This document shows, in pieces, positions 1-12,366 of a stretch of DNA of 64,000 nucleotides. The stretch is from Lama glama (Eukaryota): the NCBI GenBank assembly GCA_028534125.1, contig CM052816.1:84942001-85006000 (forward strand), in the 5' to 3' direction. The stretch's first letter is position 1; the number at the start of each line of letters is the position of its first letter. The notes beneath the pieces are model-generated. The model did no database searches, had not been told where the DNA came from, and worked only from the letters and a program-made list of their open reading frames with translations. The position numbers and the translations under genes are program-made.

Positions 1-2499
1 CTCTTCATTTCCGCTCCCTTTGATGAGCAGTCTAAAGTAGTCTGGTTTTCCAGTTAAAACCCTTTAACCATCACAAAACATTATTGATTTTTTTCTTGTA
101 TATACGTCATTTTGTCAGATACTTTGATACAACAGTACAAAAATTTTCACTTATCCTTCTCCAAAAATGTCTGATATACCTATAGGAGTAAAAATTAAAA
201 TTAAAAATTCTAATTAAGATGACAGAGATATTTTAATATGATAAATTTTGATAATTATTGATTTAAATTTGAATAACTTTTTAAATTTTCAAAGCATTAC
301 TTCAGTTTTAAAAACATAGTATTTATTTATCAGAGATTATATTTGAACTCAAATAACCTGTATTTTCTGCTATATTATTTTGTGTTATCTAATAGACTAT
401 TATCTCTCACTCAGAATATTCTTATAATCTACCTACCTAATTCAAATAGTCTTTCTCATTGAAATACTAATATAATCTAGATTCTATTAATATTATCAAA
501 TGTGTAATAAAATCAGAACTGCACTAAGCATTTCTCTATTTTATTTTTTAAAAACATTTTGCTTATTCAATACCTACTTTAAAATACAGAATACGTAAGT
601 TTATACATGGGAAAAGGCTTACAGATCATCTTTCCAAAAAATCCTTCATATAAGGCAATCTGTATTTCATTTATATAAACTTTAAATTGTAGGCAGTACA
701 ATCTCTGATTATTGCAGAATTGTAGACCTTAAATGTGAGAACCTGGGCCACTGCCAACTGCATTTCTTGCATGTCTACAAATTTCAACAAAACTGAGAAT
801 ATTATATGAGAAGCAGCTATATGGCTCTGGTTGCAGATTTTGGTACTAATAAATAAAGATTTAAGAATTATAGGTAAATCTTGATCCTATTTATAGAAGA
901 TGGTTATTATTCCTTATTAGTAATATTGGCATTACTACACTAATTGATTGTGTATCTATTTTGAAAAATAAACGTACATATTTATAAATATAATATGTAT
1001 ATGTGAAAGATATTACACTTAATTTAGTTACCTATTTTAGTAAGTAAAAAGTATCCCAGAATATACAGAGGCAACTTATTATTATACTAGTTTTAAAAAG
1101 AAAAAAATAGTTAATAAAATGTAAAGATGGCCAGATAATTTTTATACCTCACTATTTTTCTCCACTGCAAACTAGTAATGGTTATTACGCAAAATGTAGT
1201 TTGGAAAACTTCTAAGTTTATAGGAGTCTTAGTGACTCCTCAAAAAGCAACGTTTTTATTTTATTCTTTTAATTCAAATTTCCCTCTTAGTAAAATCAAT
1301 CCACATAAGTGTAAGGGAAGGGGGAAACTGCATTTTACTATAAGATTACATTAGATTTTAGATCCATTGTACATATGTGTGTGTGTATGTATAATTTCTA
1401 AATAAAAAGTAGATGTATTTATATCCTGAAATTTTATTGTTCTTTTGTAACTCTCCTACCTGATTTAAAGGAAAATAAAGATGAACTTATTATACTTTTA
1501 TATATTTTTCTCTGCTTTTACCTATGGAAATACCCATTTACAGAGAAATATAAAAGTTGATACTTAGGAATTTGTCAGGCTATGTGTAATCCATATATTA
1601 ACATTTAAAGCCCATGAACAATCTCATAATAAAGAATTTCTTTCTAAATGAAGTAATAATGTACAATGTTTTAATTCTAAACTTATTATCATTATATTAG
1701 TGATTTTAATTTACATCAAAGAATTGAGAAACTACTCTTATTAACTTTGGGGGTAAATGAAGTCTAATGGAATAAAATACAAATTCTTTATTCTCATTTT
1801 ACCCTTCTTTCCAGTGTTACCCTTCAGTGTTCTCCTTTATCCTGTCCCCGTCTCCTTGGTTATTTTTGTCTTAACATATTTGTGTTTTCTTTTTCTCTTT
1901 TACCATATCCTCTTCTTGCTTTCTCCTCTGCCCCTGATTCTTTCTGTCAAAATCATAAGTATCATATGTCATATTTCATTTTGGTTCTCTGGATCATGTG
2001 TCCCTTCCTCTTTTTAGTTAAAATCAAATGACTGAAATTAACTCTTGAAATCTGAAACACATTAAGCCTCTTCTGATCAGAACACATAATCTGGGTGATA
2101 TATGAGGATACAGAGTGAAAGAAAATGGCATAAACTTTGATTTAGATATTTACAGCAGATGCCTACTTTTTTATGTTTTCCATTTTTTGTGGTCATTATA
2201 CTGTGAGTAAAGATTATCTATCAACTTTCTATATGTCCATACATTCATCTCCCTCAAGGCAAATTCCTATTGCATAATTTTGGTGATTTCTCATTAACTG
2301 GAAATTTCCCCTAACTTTGCAAAAATTTACCCAGTTCCCCTCCCACACCATCCCCTCAACAAGGAGTCTGTCTGTAGATATTCACAGATCACACAAATAC
2401 TCACAATAAATGCTTCATGTCCTAATCTAGGCTCTTTCGTAGAGGTTCACTGCCTGTACATTCAGTAACTTGTTCAATTATATGTCCAGACAGGATATT

Positions 2500-2800
2500 T
2501 AGCACACTGTTTAGAATGAAGCTTCTTTTTTCAAACTAGTTAGGTCAAATCCCAGTCTATCACCTACTAGATGTGTGATTATGATCAACCTCTGTATGCC
2601 CCAAGGTCTACATCCCAGGTTTATCATGAGGATAAAATAATGATTAAAATCAAGTGCTAAGAATTCTGCCTAGTCTACATTAAACATACTGTAAATGTTA
2701 GATCTTGTAACGACTTTGCGCTAGAAACTCTGCTGGGCTGTAGACATAAAATGATGAATAAAAGCAGACATGGCCCCTGCTTTTGGGGAGTTTATATCAC
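2500..2800. mobile_element. Degraded MIR (+) followed by an L2 3' fragment (-)
   Basis: ggtcaaatcccagtctatcacctactag...catgaggataaaataa is MIR-like. ctctgctgggctgtagacataaaatgatgaataaaagcagacatggcccctgc resembles an antisense L2 tail. Confidence 0.5.
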
Positions 2801-4304
2801 ACAATACAAAACCAACAAATAAATGACTTAAATTTATCATTTCAGCATCACTATATTTCAGTTGATATTGTTTAATAAAAAAGTAAAATTTTTATTTTAA
2901 ATTATTTGGGAATATATGAAACATATATAGCTCAGAAAATTTACAGGGATATAAAAATCAAAGTGGTATATACCCTTTTAGTATGTCTTTATAAACAAAT
3001 ATTTATAAAATTAGTACAAAAGCACATAAACCACTTCCTGTCTAATTTTATTACTAAATAGTACTAACTGTGTAATGTCATTATATTTATGAAAAAAAAT
3101 CCATTCCCTAAAGCTGAACACACTAGATATCTCTCTTTTCCTCACTTTGCTATTATGAATAACCATGTCAGTTACATGCTGTCAGCATTTATTATTGTTT
3201 AACAACATTCCTAATTATTATCATGATTCTGAAAGGGGAGGGGCAGTATTTTACATGGGTGTTTGTAGCATGTTAGGCACTTTATAGGATTGATTTCTAT
3301 TCTTTATCGTTTTTTAGGTCAAGTATTTTGGGGTAAGTTCAACTTCACATACCCATTATAAAGAGCAAATGATTAAACCAAATTTAACAACAAAAATAGT
3401 ATTAAAAGTGTCAGAAAAAGTACAGAGGAGTGCTGTTACCTGTGGACATTATGAAAGGATAGCCACAGTAAAAGAAAAATCAATCTGGAGCAAAAGAAAT
3501 GCCATAAAATTGATGAATTAACCACTTGCATTTAGCATCTTGCTCAATAATTTATATTTCAAATAACCCTCAACTATGAAAATAATTCTTAATCTAACTA
3601 ATATAGGTTCACATAGTTATATGTTATATAAAAATAAATATCAATCAGAAAATCACTTTAGTAGAATTTCTGAACATTATTTTGGGGTGGAAATAACTTT
3701 ATGAATTTTGCTTCGGTCAAACTTAGACATGAATGGATGTTTTTTAAATGATAAAAGAGTACACCTGGGACCGACCGAGTAAATTGTAGTGTGTCCTCTC
3801 ACAGGACATATCAATGGTTGCAGCTGAAGAAACAGAGGCCTCAGGAGGAAGAGCTCAAATTCTTATCTTGCGCTAATTTTGAGAAAACATAAAAAAGACT
3901 TGCTAAATTCATGTATTGGTATTCAAACACATTGATGAAAAATAAAGCTGTTAGTTTAACCTTAATGTGCAATGTACTGATTTTTAGAATCTGCATGAGT
4001 AGTATACATGCAAATTTTGAGAAACGTTCACTACACCTCAATTAGACGAGCCATGAGTATGTAATAGACGCGGGTATTAAAGTAGGTGACAGAGCCAATA
4101 TGGAAATCACCCTTCCAAAATAATTTTAAAATCTATGTAAGAATCAGAGTCAACATTTTGAAAAATTCTGTGTAATATCCTGGAAAATGTCCTACAAACT
4201 CATTTTACACAAGGACTACATGGTAGGCTTTAGTTAATGGTAGTTTTACAATCATGCTTTAAATATTTGTAGAGTTCTAGAAAATAAAAGAAAAGTCCAT
4301 AAAT

Positions 4305-4385
4305 ATATTATATCTTGTATAAATATATATTTTATATATATTTTATACATTTTATATAAATATTTTATATATATTTATATATATT
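4305..4385. repeat. (TA)n/AT low-complexity tract
   Basis: atatatattttatatatattttatacattttatataaatattttatatatatttatat. Confidence 0.85.
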
Positions 4386-5206
4386 AGTTCCTGAAGCTAG
4401 CTCCTTTAAAGCTCTCTTATCTTTTAAAAAATAATGTGTGGCAAAGTTAAGGAAAAATAGTTTAATATTTGCAAAATAAAATTAAACCAAGAATAATGTT
4501 AAATTATAGTATTGCATGTGACGCAACTATAAACTTTCTTAACTTTGGGGGGTATATTTGCTGACTTACATATGTGTAGCAAATAATAATACATAGCATG
4601 TCAATAGGTACAATTATATATGACTATGTTAAGTACATTTCAAAGAGAGGCACAGACACTTAATAGTCATATATATCTTACACACCAAAAATTTTGGCAG
4701 TCAATTTTATATCTTTTGTTTGTTTCTTCATAAAAACAGAGCCTCTTTATTTTCACTCAACTTACTGTACATAGTTAATTTATCAGAATAAAAAGCAGCA
4801 GGAGTGCTTTCAATGTTGAGTTTATCTTTGAATATACATTTCCAGTTAGCAATAAATGCATTAATTAAAAATTGCACATGCATTGTATATTCAGTGAAAA
4901 AGTGCTGTCCATCACAGTATTTTCAACCAATTAACGGAGCAGTGCATTTATCTCATTACATTCATCCTTATGATAAAATTTGTTTTTGGATTTTTTTTTT
5001 AGATAGCTCAAACAATATTAAGGAGTATTTAAATTAAAAAAAAATAAAAGAGATAAGTGATATTTTTTGAGTAATATAATTAAAACAAATTTCTTGAAAT
5101 TTATACCATGGTCTAACACACCACACTCCCAGTAATATATTTTCAGAAAGATAGCTTCAAATTTATACGTATTTAAGTGTCTGTGTTTGGGTGGGGATTC
5201 ATGTAG

Positions 5207-5326
5207 GTACATCTGTCATACAAGTGACTGCAACAGATGCTGATGACGCCAACTATGGAAATAGTGCGAAAGTGGTCTACAGCATATTACAAGGACAGCC
5301 ATATTTTTCAGTGGACCCAGAATCAG
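5207..5326 (+). CDS. CDH9: Cadherin-9 coding exon (human exon 4 equivalent), EC2 N-terminal half
   Basis: tag|GTACA...GAATCAG|gtaata. 120 nt, phase 1/1. Translates (G)[39 protein letters not shown](G), with the cadherin AxDxD motif. The ORF track misses it (5237..5491 is another frame). Confidence 0.96.
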
Positions 5327-5920
5327 GTAATAACATGTAATAGTTGGTATCTTTCTCATTTCATAATACATCTGGATGCATTATTAATTTCTATATTTAA
5401 AAAGCTATCTATTAAGCATCATGTTTTATTTATTCCTTATTGTTATTCCATGGAAACAAAAGCAAATTTCCTATTGTTTGAAAATATTTGAATCCTTAGC
5501 TCTTTAGATCATTATTTATTGAGTTTAAATTTATGACACTAAATACAAAATTTTAGAGAATCAATAAATTATATGTCTTAGGAAATACTCCATATCTGAA
5601 GAATGTGACCATTGTCAAAATTAAACAGGCTTATTCATCTGAAGACTTTTGACTGAGGTTGATTTTTTAAATCAAATGGATAATTAAATTGATTTAGCAA
5701 AATTCATTCCCTGAACAATAGCCAATGGAAGAATTTTTTTTTCTGTTCTGTGAGTTATGTTAAATTGGTTAAATTGGTTATGGACTGAAAGGCTTATTGA
5801 GGTACACTGGCATGTTATCATCTGTTTGTTCTAGTTAACTTCTGAAAAATGGGTCTTGCATGGCTTAATTTTAAAAGCCAGTGATTAAGTTGTAAAATAT
5901 CTTTCTACTTTTTCCAAAAG

Positions 5921-6088
5921 GTATAATAAAAACTGCATTACCAGACATGAGCAGAGAAAACAGAGAGCATTACCAAGTGGTCATACAAGCCAAAGACATG
6001 GGTGGCCAGATGGGAGGCCTTTCTGGAACCACCACAGTGAACATCACTCTGACAGACGTCAACAACAATCCTCCTCGATTTCCCCAGA
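5921..6088 (+). CDS. CDH9: Cadherin-9 coding exon (exon 5), EC2 C-terminal half
   Basis: ttccaaaag|GTATA...CCCCAGA|gtaagg. 168 nt. [55 protein letters not shown]; overlaps ORF 5947..6186. Confidence 0.97.
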
Positions 6089-7261
6089 GTAAGGAAGGTT
6101 TCAGTAATCTCAGTGGAGAGCTTCTCAAACACGTTACGAACAGTCTAACACTTTTACTAGTATTTTCATTACTGATTTATGCATAAAGACAAATCTACAA
6201 CCCCTCCCCCCACAGAATATGACGATTTCCCACATATTAAAAGTGACTTTCATCATTTTTATCATGATCGCTCTCATCATTGAGTAGGTAGTGGAGAAAA
6301 CAAGGAAATGAGGTTCTTTTTGGCAACTTTAATCTTCTTCTAACTTTTGAAGAGTTATAACACTTTCTAGACTACCTATCCCAATATTTCCTATGATCAT
6401 CTGGCTCTTTTTCTTATCTCTTTCCTAGTTAGGAGTGTAGACGCTCTAGTCTGACTTTAATCTGGCTTTAAATCTCACATCTGTCACTTGTCTTGCCTCA
6501 GCTCTCTTGTTTGTACTTAAGAATTATAATCTCTTATTTATTCAGTTCTAAAACACAGGCTTGTTGATGTTTTAACATCTCTGAAATCAGATACTACATT
6601 AAACTCAATATATATTGATTTAATTAGCCACACTTCTCTCCCTTCTTAGTGGCCCACAGTATCATGGTATTCCTTGGTTGTGGTCACATCTCAGATATGT
6701 TAAAGTTTGCTGGTATCTGCCATCTACTTGTGAAGATTGAATCAGTCAATAGCCTTTCAGTTGTCACCATTTGGGGCATGTATGTTAAACCATGAATTCG
6801 TTGCATGCCATGAGATCCTACATAAACAGACTCTCATCATCTGCTGAAAATGTTTCCATTTTGCAGCAAGTAAAAGTTTCAGGCGCTCTATCTTGGAATA
6901 CCTAGTTAAGGGAAGGGCCCTCAAACTTAAATTTATAGCATTGATTCCAACAGAGAAAAGCATTTTCTCAGGCTAATCAAATTTGAAATACTTGATGATA
7001 CAGCTCCGGATGGTGGACATATGATAAATGTTAAAAAAAATAAAGTTTTCTGAGAATATGAATAATAAGCCTAACTAAATAAATCTAAACTTAGCATTCT
7101 ATTTCCTTAAATATAAACTGAAAGAATATGATTTGATGCATTAAATGACCTGTCACTCTATTATTCTATGATCTACTATAATCTTAGCAGAAAGTTTGAA
7201 ACTGTAACAGCAATAGTAAAAATGTCCTTGAAGTAAGAAGTGCGATGAGCATATTCAAGAC

Positions 7262-7560
7262 ATAATTTCATCTAATCTTCATAACAAACCTAAGAGTTAA
7301 TTGCTATCACTTTATATTATAGATGTGGAAATCAAGGGTTAGAGAATTTAACTAACTTGCCCAGTGATGAGAATTCAAATTCAGGGTAGTCTGATTTAGA
7401 AGTCCATCTTCTTAATCACCAAGCAAATTGGAAAGAGAATAGACTTTGAAGTCAGAGAGACTTAGTTTTGCCTTCTGCTTTCCCCAATATTATGGGATGA
7501 TTTCCTTGAGCCCTATCTCTGAGGTCCTATGAGGACTAATATTAGATTAAATAAATTAAC
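7262..7560. mobile_element. Two adjacent MIR fragments in opposite orientation
   Basis: ttcatctaatcttcataacaaacct...atagatgtggaaatcaagggttagaga...aacttgccca on the - strand, then ggaaagagaatagactttgaagtcagagagact on the + strand. Confidence 0.55.
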
Positions 7561-8220
7561 AGGGATGGCCATTGGCCTTATGTAGATTTCAGCACACTTG
7601 AAAAACATTTCTAACTTTCCTTAACATTTTTTGTAATAGTTTCCTATCGTCTCTTGAATAAATAATCACAAACTAAAATGTCTTCATGAACAGCAAGATG
7701 CAATATAATGATTAGCTGAAACTGCAGGAAACAGAACATTTATATCCCAGTTAAAGACTTAAACAAGCAAAATAAGAAGTTGCTGTGTATGGATTTATTT
7801 TTTTTTCTATTCTTGAGTTAGAATATAGGAATAAATACATGTTATTTAAATAATTTAGTATATGTAAAACTGTAATGACAACGTTGAAAGTTTCAGACAA
7901 GCAGTAAATTATTGTTTTACTTGCCCTCTTAAGTCAGAAGTTCTGGATTCTAATATAAGGACTACCATCTATTATCTAAATAACCTTGAGACATTCACTT
8001 AATCTTCCTGGAACATATATTTCTCACTTACAAAATGAGAGTGTTCTGCCTTTATAAATTATTTTTCCAGCTTAATAAATCTATAATTTTGACAGCTTAC
8101 AATTCAATATGATGAAAAACTCAATTTGAAATTAATTTATTTATGTGAAAAAGGCAGAGGAAATGAAAGATTTTGTTATCTAAAGATGCAATGTCAAAAC
8201 AGGTGTGATTTAATTTTCAG

Positions 8221-8408
8221 GTACGTATCAATTTCATTCTCCTGAGTCTGTACCTCTTGGAACTCATCTTGGAAGGATAAAAGCCAATGACCCTGATGTG
8301 GGGGAAAATGCTGAGATGGAATACAGCATTGCTGAAGGAGATGGAGCAGACATGTTCGATGTCATCACTGACAAGGATACACAGGAAGGGATTATAACTG
8401 TCAAACAG
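8221..8408 (+). CDS. CDH9: Cadherin-9 coding exon (exon 6), EC3 N-terminal half
   Basis: ttttcag|GTACG...AAACAG|gtttct. 188 nt. [62 protein letters not shown]. Confidence 0.96.
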
Positions 8409-9372
8409 GTTTCTTCTCACTGTCTTCATTTTTTCATTGAGTGCTTTATAGTTTATTTTTGCTTTTCAGGGAAGAAAAGCCTAGGATTTATTTCTCTCAT
8501 CCTTAACATGCTGTTTACCCTTCATCTAAGTGGGAAAGTTGTGATTTCATTTCAAATAAACTAGGCATCTTCATCATTGACACTTACAAACTGTTATAAA
8601 ACCTTAACTATTTGTGCTTATAGTAGACAACAATCAAACTAAGATTAGATAATCTTGAAAGTTTTTGTTTTATATTTCTCCATGGCAGAAAAAATAGGCA
8701 TGCAACCATCACATTATTTCATGTACTTTTCAAAATATTTAAATTGTTAAGTGTTATGGTCTATTCAAATAGATGAAGGCTGGAGATGCTATGTGTTTTA
8801 CGTTGAATTTCTTGATTTTTAATGCAGTGTGGGAGAACACTATAAAATGTAACATAGAATAATCTAGCTAAATATTGAAATTTCCCTGCTTTCATTCACA
8901 TCTTGCTTTCCACAGTGTTCAGTTTAATAAATTTTTTTTCTTTTTAAAACACCAGTTTTAGAAATGTAAGGGCTAAGGAAGAAACATATAAATAGTTTAC
9001 TAAATCTCAACTTTATATGCTGATTTGAAGTTTGTATAACTTTAATAATAACAATAATAGAAATAAATTAATAAGCTATGTATTTATTAGATAATACTTG
9101 ATTTAGCTATGACCACCAAAATGTAAAATGCATTACTAAGTGGGAATCAACCTTATAGTGTTTACTATTATATTAAATTACTCCTTATAAATAAATGTAA
9201 GGCAAAAAAATTTTACTAATTTATTTGATATACTCATGAGGCAATAAGTGGGAAAGTTATTCAGTCAGAATTATTGGTATTGTTATGAGAGGTGGTTATT
9301 AAATTTTGAAACAGTCTTCCATTGTTATGTCTGCTCTGTGATACTAATTTTTCTTATTTCCTTCAACTTCAG

Positions 9373-9626
9373 AATTTAGATTTTGAAAACAAAATGCTGT
9401 ACACTTTAAGAGTGGATGCAAGTAACACTCATCCTGATCCACGATTCCTACACCTGGGACCTTTTAAAGACACAGCTGTGGTCAAAATATCTGTGGAAGA
9501 CATAGACGAGCCTCCTGTGTTCACTAAAATTTTTTACTTGATAGAAGTTGATGAAGATGTTAAGGAGGGCAGCATCATTGGACAGGTTACAGCATATGAC
9601 CCAGATGCCATGAACAATTTAATAAA
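9373..9626 (+). CDS. CDH9: Cadherin-9 coding exon (exon 7), EC3/EC4
   Basis: cttcag|AATTTA...ATAAA|gtaagt. 254 nt. [50 protein letters not shown]...[11 protein letters not shown](K), with LDFE and DxDE motifs. Confidence 0.97.
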
Positions 9627-9729
9627 GTAAGTACTTTGAGAAAACCTAAGTTTGCAGAAAAATAATAATCTTCTCGCTATTTACAAGCTGTGTGAAAAGA
9701 AAAAAAAAGGTTCAACGTATGATCAAGTA

Positions 9730-9970
9730 CAGTAATAAGACCAAACACTTCTATGGTACAGACTCTTAGTGGGGCTGCATTCTAAGTGCTCTGGAAATAT
9801 TATTTCATTTGACTCTTATCACAGTCTACAAGGTAGTTCCTATTATATCTTTCTGCAGATAAGACTAAGACACTGAACATTTAAATAACTTGCCAAATAG
9901 TCACTAGCAAAGCTTGGTTTGAGAATCAGGCTGTCTGGCTCCAGAGTCCATAATTTTAATTCCTTAGCTA
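9730..9970 (-). mobile_element. MIR SINE
   Basis: ttctaagtgct...tcatttgactcttatcacag...gcagataagactaagacact...taacttgcc...aggctgtctggctccagagtcc. Confidence 0.7.
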
Positions 9971-11280
9971 TTGATGTGTTTCTTGTCTCATTGTCCTTCT
10001 TGGATAAATCGCAGGTCATGTAATAAGTGATCTAAACAAATAAATTAGAACAAAATACTCTACTTGAAAAGCTATTAAGAGATACCTTGAAAATTGTTGA
10101 AATATCTTCGTTTGAAAATAGTCACTAGGCATACTGAATATCAAAATTTTGGAGAAACAAAATGTCGTTTACCTTCTAATAACACAGAGGATTGGTAAAG
10201 AGAGTAATGGTACTTAAGAATGGTAAAACTATTAAAAATTAATGTAGTATTGAATACTATAGGGTAATACTTTCCCAAAATTTGAATATTGTAGTAATTT
10301 CAAAGCTTTCAAATATGCCATAAATATTTAAATAATTTCTATACATGGTGCTTAAGGAGAATATAAATACATAAATAGTTGTGACATAAATAGATGAATA
10401 GGATGGGTGGATGAAGATGGATAGCTATACCAATGAAGACACAGAGGCTAAAGAGACAGATAACATATTGACATACTGTCTATTAATGGGTGGCTAGTAA
10501 GATGCCTAAAATTCTGCTTTTTTTAAATTTAACTTTTAATTAAGGAAAATAAATGGTTAAATTATTATTGGGAATGCCCAAATTTCCTAGAATTTATGTC
10601 AGACTATCACAGATAAAAAAATTAATGAGCACAATACTGAATATATAATTATTAAATTTAGCTTAAGATGTAATTACTCCTCAAGTGTTAATTTACAACA
10701 CAACATTTGTTGTTCTAAATATATTCTAATGAATATTTCATTTGTTGGTTGATAAATATATTATAAAAATAATGGTTCATAAAATTTTAATCTGCAGTTA
10801 ATACTCAGAGTTTAGCTTGAAATATTTGGTTAGTGTTAGGTTAATTAGAATGGAATTCACTTAACTTTCTCTTTTTAATAAATGTCTGGGTTCAAATTTT
10901 ATATTTTATATATTGTTCAACATTAATTTAAAAACATGAGTATGATAATCCCAATGCACAGAAAATTATTTTACTCTCACAATTTTGTATCAGCATACAT
11001 AAAATATATTAATTTAAAATCCACAAATTGTATTAAACAAAACTCCTAAAATGAAAATGAAATGAATAAGTAATCTAGTTTTCTAGTAGTAAAATATATA
11101 TATATATATTTATGCGTGTGTATATATATTTTTTTTTTTGCATTTATACACTAATTTGACTGGCATAAGTGGTACAAAGCTGAGACCGAAGAACAAAATT
11201 ATATAAAAAGCAAACTATGTCCCTCAGAATTTGGTCTAGTTTTTCTTCATTTAATCTGTTGCCCACAACAGAACTGTTGC

Positions 11281-12366
11281 CCAGTTTTACTGAGATATAA
11301 TTGACATTCAGTAACGTACAAGTTTGAAGTGCACAGCATAATGATTTGACTGACTTACATACATCATGAAATGATTACTATAATAAGTTTAGTAAACATC
11401 CATCATCTCATATAAATACAAAATTAAAGAAATAAAAAAATGTTTTTCTTGTGATGAGAACATTTAGGACTTACACTTTTGACAATTTCCACATATAACA
11501 TATAGCAGTGTTAATTATATTTATCATGTTGTACATTATATCACCAGTACTTATTTATCTTAATTTGTTGATCTCTGAAGTACAGACAGCTTTTAGCAAC
11601 CCAGTATTTTTACTCCCCACCCCTCCATGTTTACTGTATATGACATCATCTTTTGTAACTTTAAGTTTTGTGTATCACTTAACTACTTATTGTGTATGTG
11701 GATGATTTTACTACTTTTGTCTTTTAACCTTCCTACTAGCTTTACATGTGATTTACCACCTTTATTGTATACTTGTCTTTACCAATGAGATTTTTCCTTT
11801 TGTAATGTTCATATTTCTAGTTCTGGCCTTTTCTTTTTTACTTAGAGAAGTCCCTTTAAATTTTCTTGTAAAGCTGGTTTGGTAGTGCTGAATTCTTTAG
11901 TTTTTGCTCACCCGTAAAAATTTTGACGTCTCTCTCAAATTTGAATAAAAACCTTGCCAGGTAGAGTATTCTTGATGGTAGGTTTTTCTCTTTATCACTT
12001 TAAATATATTGTGTCCCTCCCTCTGGCCTGCAGAGTTTATGTTGCAAAGTTTATTGATAGCTTTATGGGAGTTCCTTTGTATGGAACTTGTTTTTCCTTT
12101 TCCTTGCTGGTTTTTTTTTTTATTTTTTTAATTTTTAAAAATTTTATTGAAGTGTAGTTGATTTACAGTGTTACTTTCAGGTGTACAGCAAAGAGATTCA
12201 GTTAGACATAATCTTTGTTGCTTTTAATATTCTCTCTTTATCTTTAATTTTTGCCATTTTAATTAAAATATGTCTTGGTGTGGTCCCCACTTCGAGATTA
12301 TTCTATTTTGGACTCTGTACTTTCTGGCTTGGATGCCTGTTTCCTTTCTCAGGTTCGGGAAATTTT
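11281..12366 (-). mobile_element. Artiodactyl-type L1 derivative: 3'-terminal tail fused to the inter-ORF spacer and degenerate ORF1 (half-L1-like)
   Basis: 11281-11562 aligns by eye to the L1 tail at 33879-34149. The minus strand near 11950-12090 translates QVPYKGTPIKLSINFAT*TLQAR and LPSRILYLA (L1 ORF1p motifs VTYKGxPIRLSADFS and QPRILYPAK). Confidence 0.8.
12115..12211 (-). mobile_element. Short, heavily 5'-truncated younger L1 3' end nested in the ORF1 remnant
   Basis: Poly-T, then ttttattgaagtgtagttgatttacagtgttactttcaggtgtacagcaaagagattcagtta. Flanked by a degenerate TSD, tccttgctggtttt (12101-12114) and tctttgttgctttt (12212-12225), the latter ending in tttt|aa. Confidence 0.75.

Noticed and set aside
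1757..2017. Hydrophobic 86-aa ORF resembling a membrane peptide
   Set aside because: Translation of a T/C-rich intronic low-complexity tract, with no splice or homology support.
5237..5491. 84-aa ORF overlapping exon 4
   Set aside because: It is an alternative frame of the cadherin exon running into the intron, with no recognisable protein.
7262..7560. Inverted MIR pair as a hairpin or miRNA precursor
   Set aside because: The copies are too diverged and only partly overlapping in consensus position. I could not see an extended stem.
8196..8220. Alternative acceptor aaacag|gtgtga 18 nt upstream of exon 6
   Set aside because: There is no pyrimidine tract before it, and it would add an in-frame TAA.
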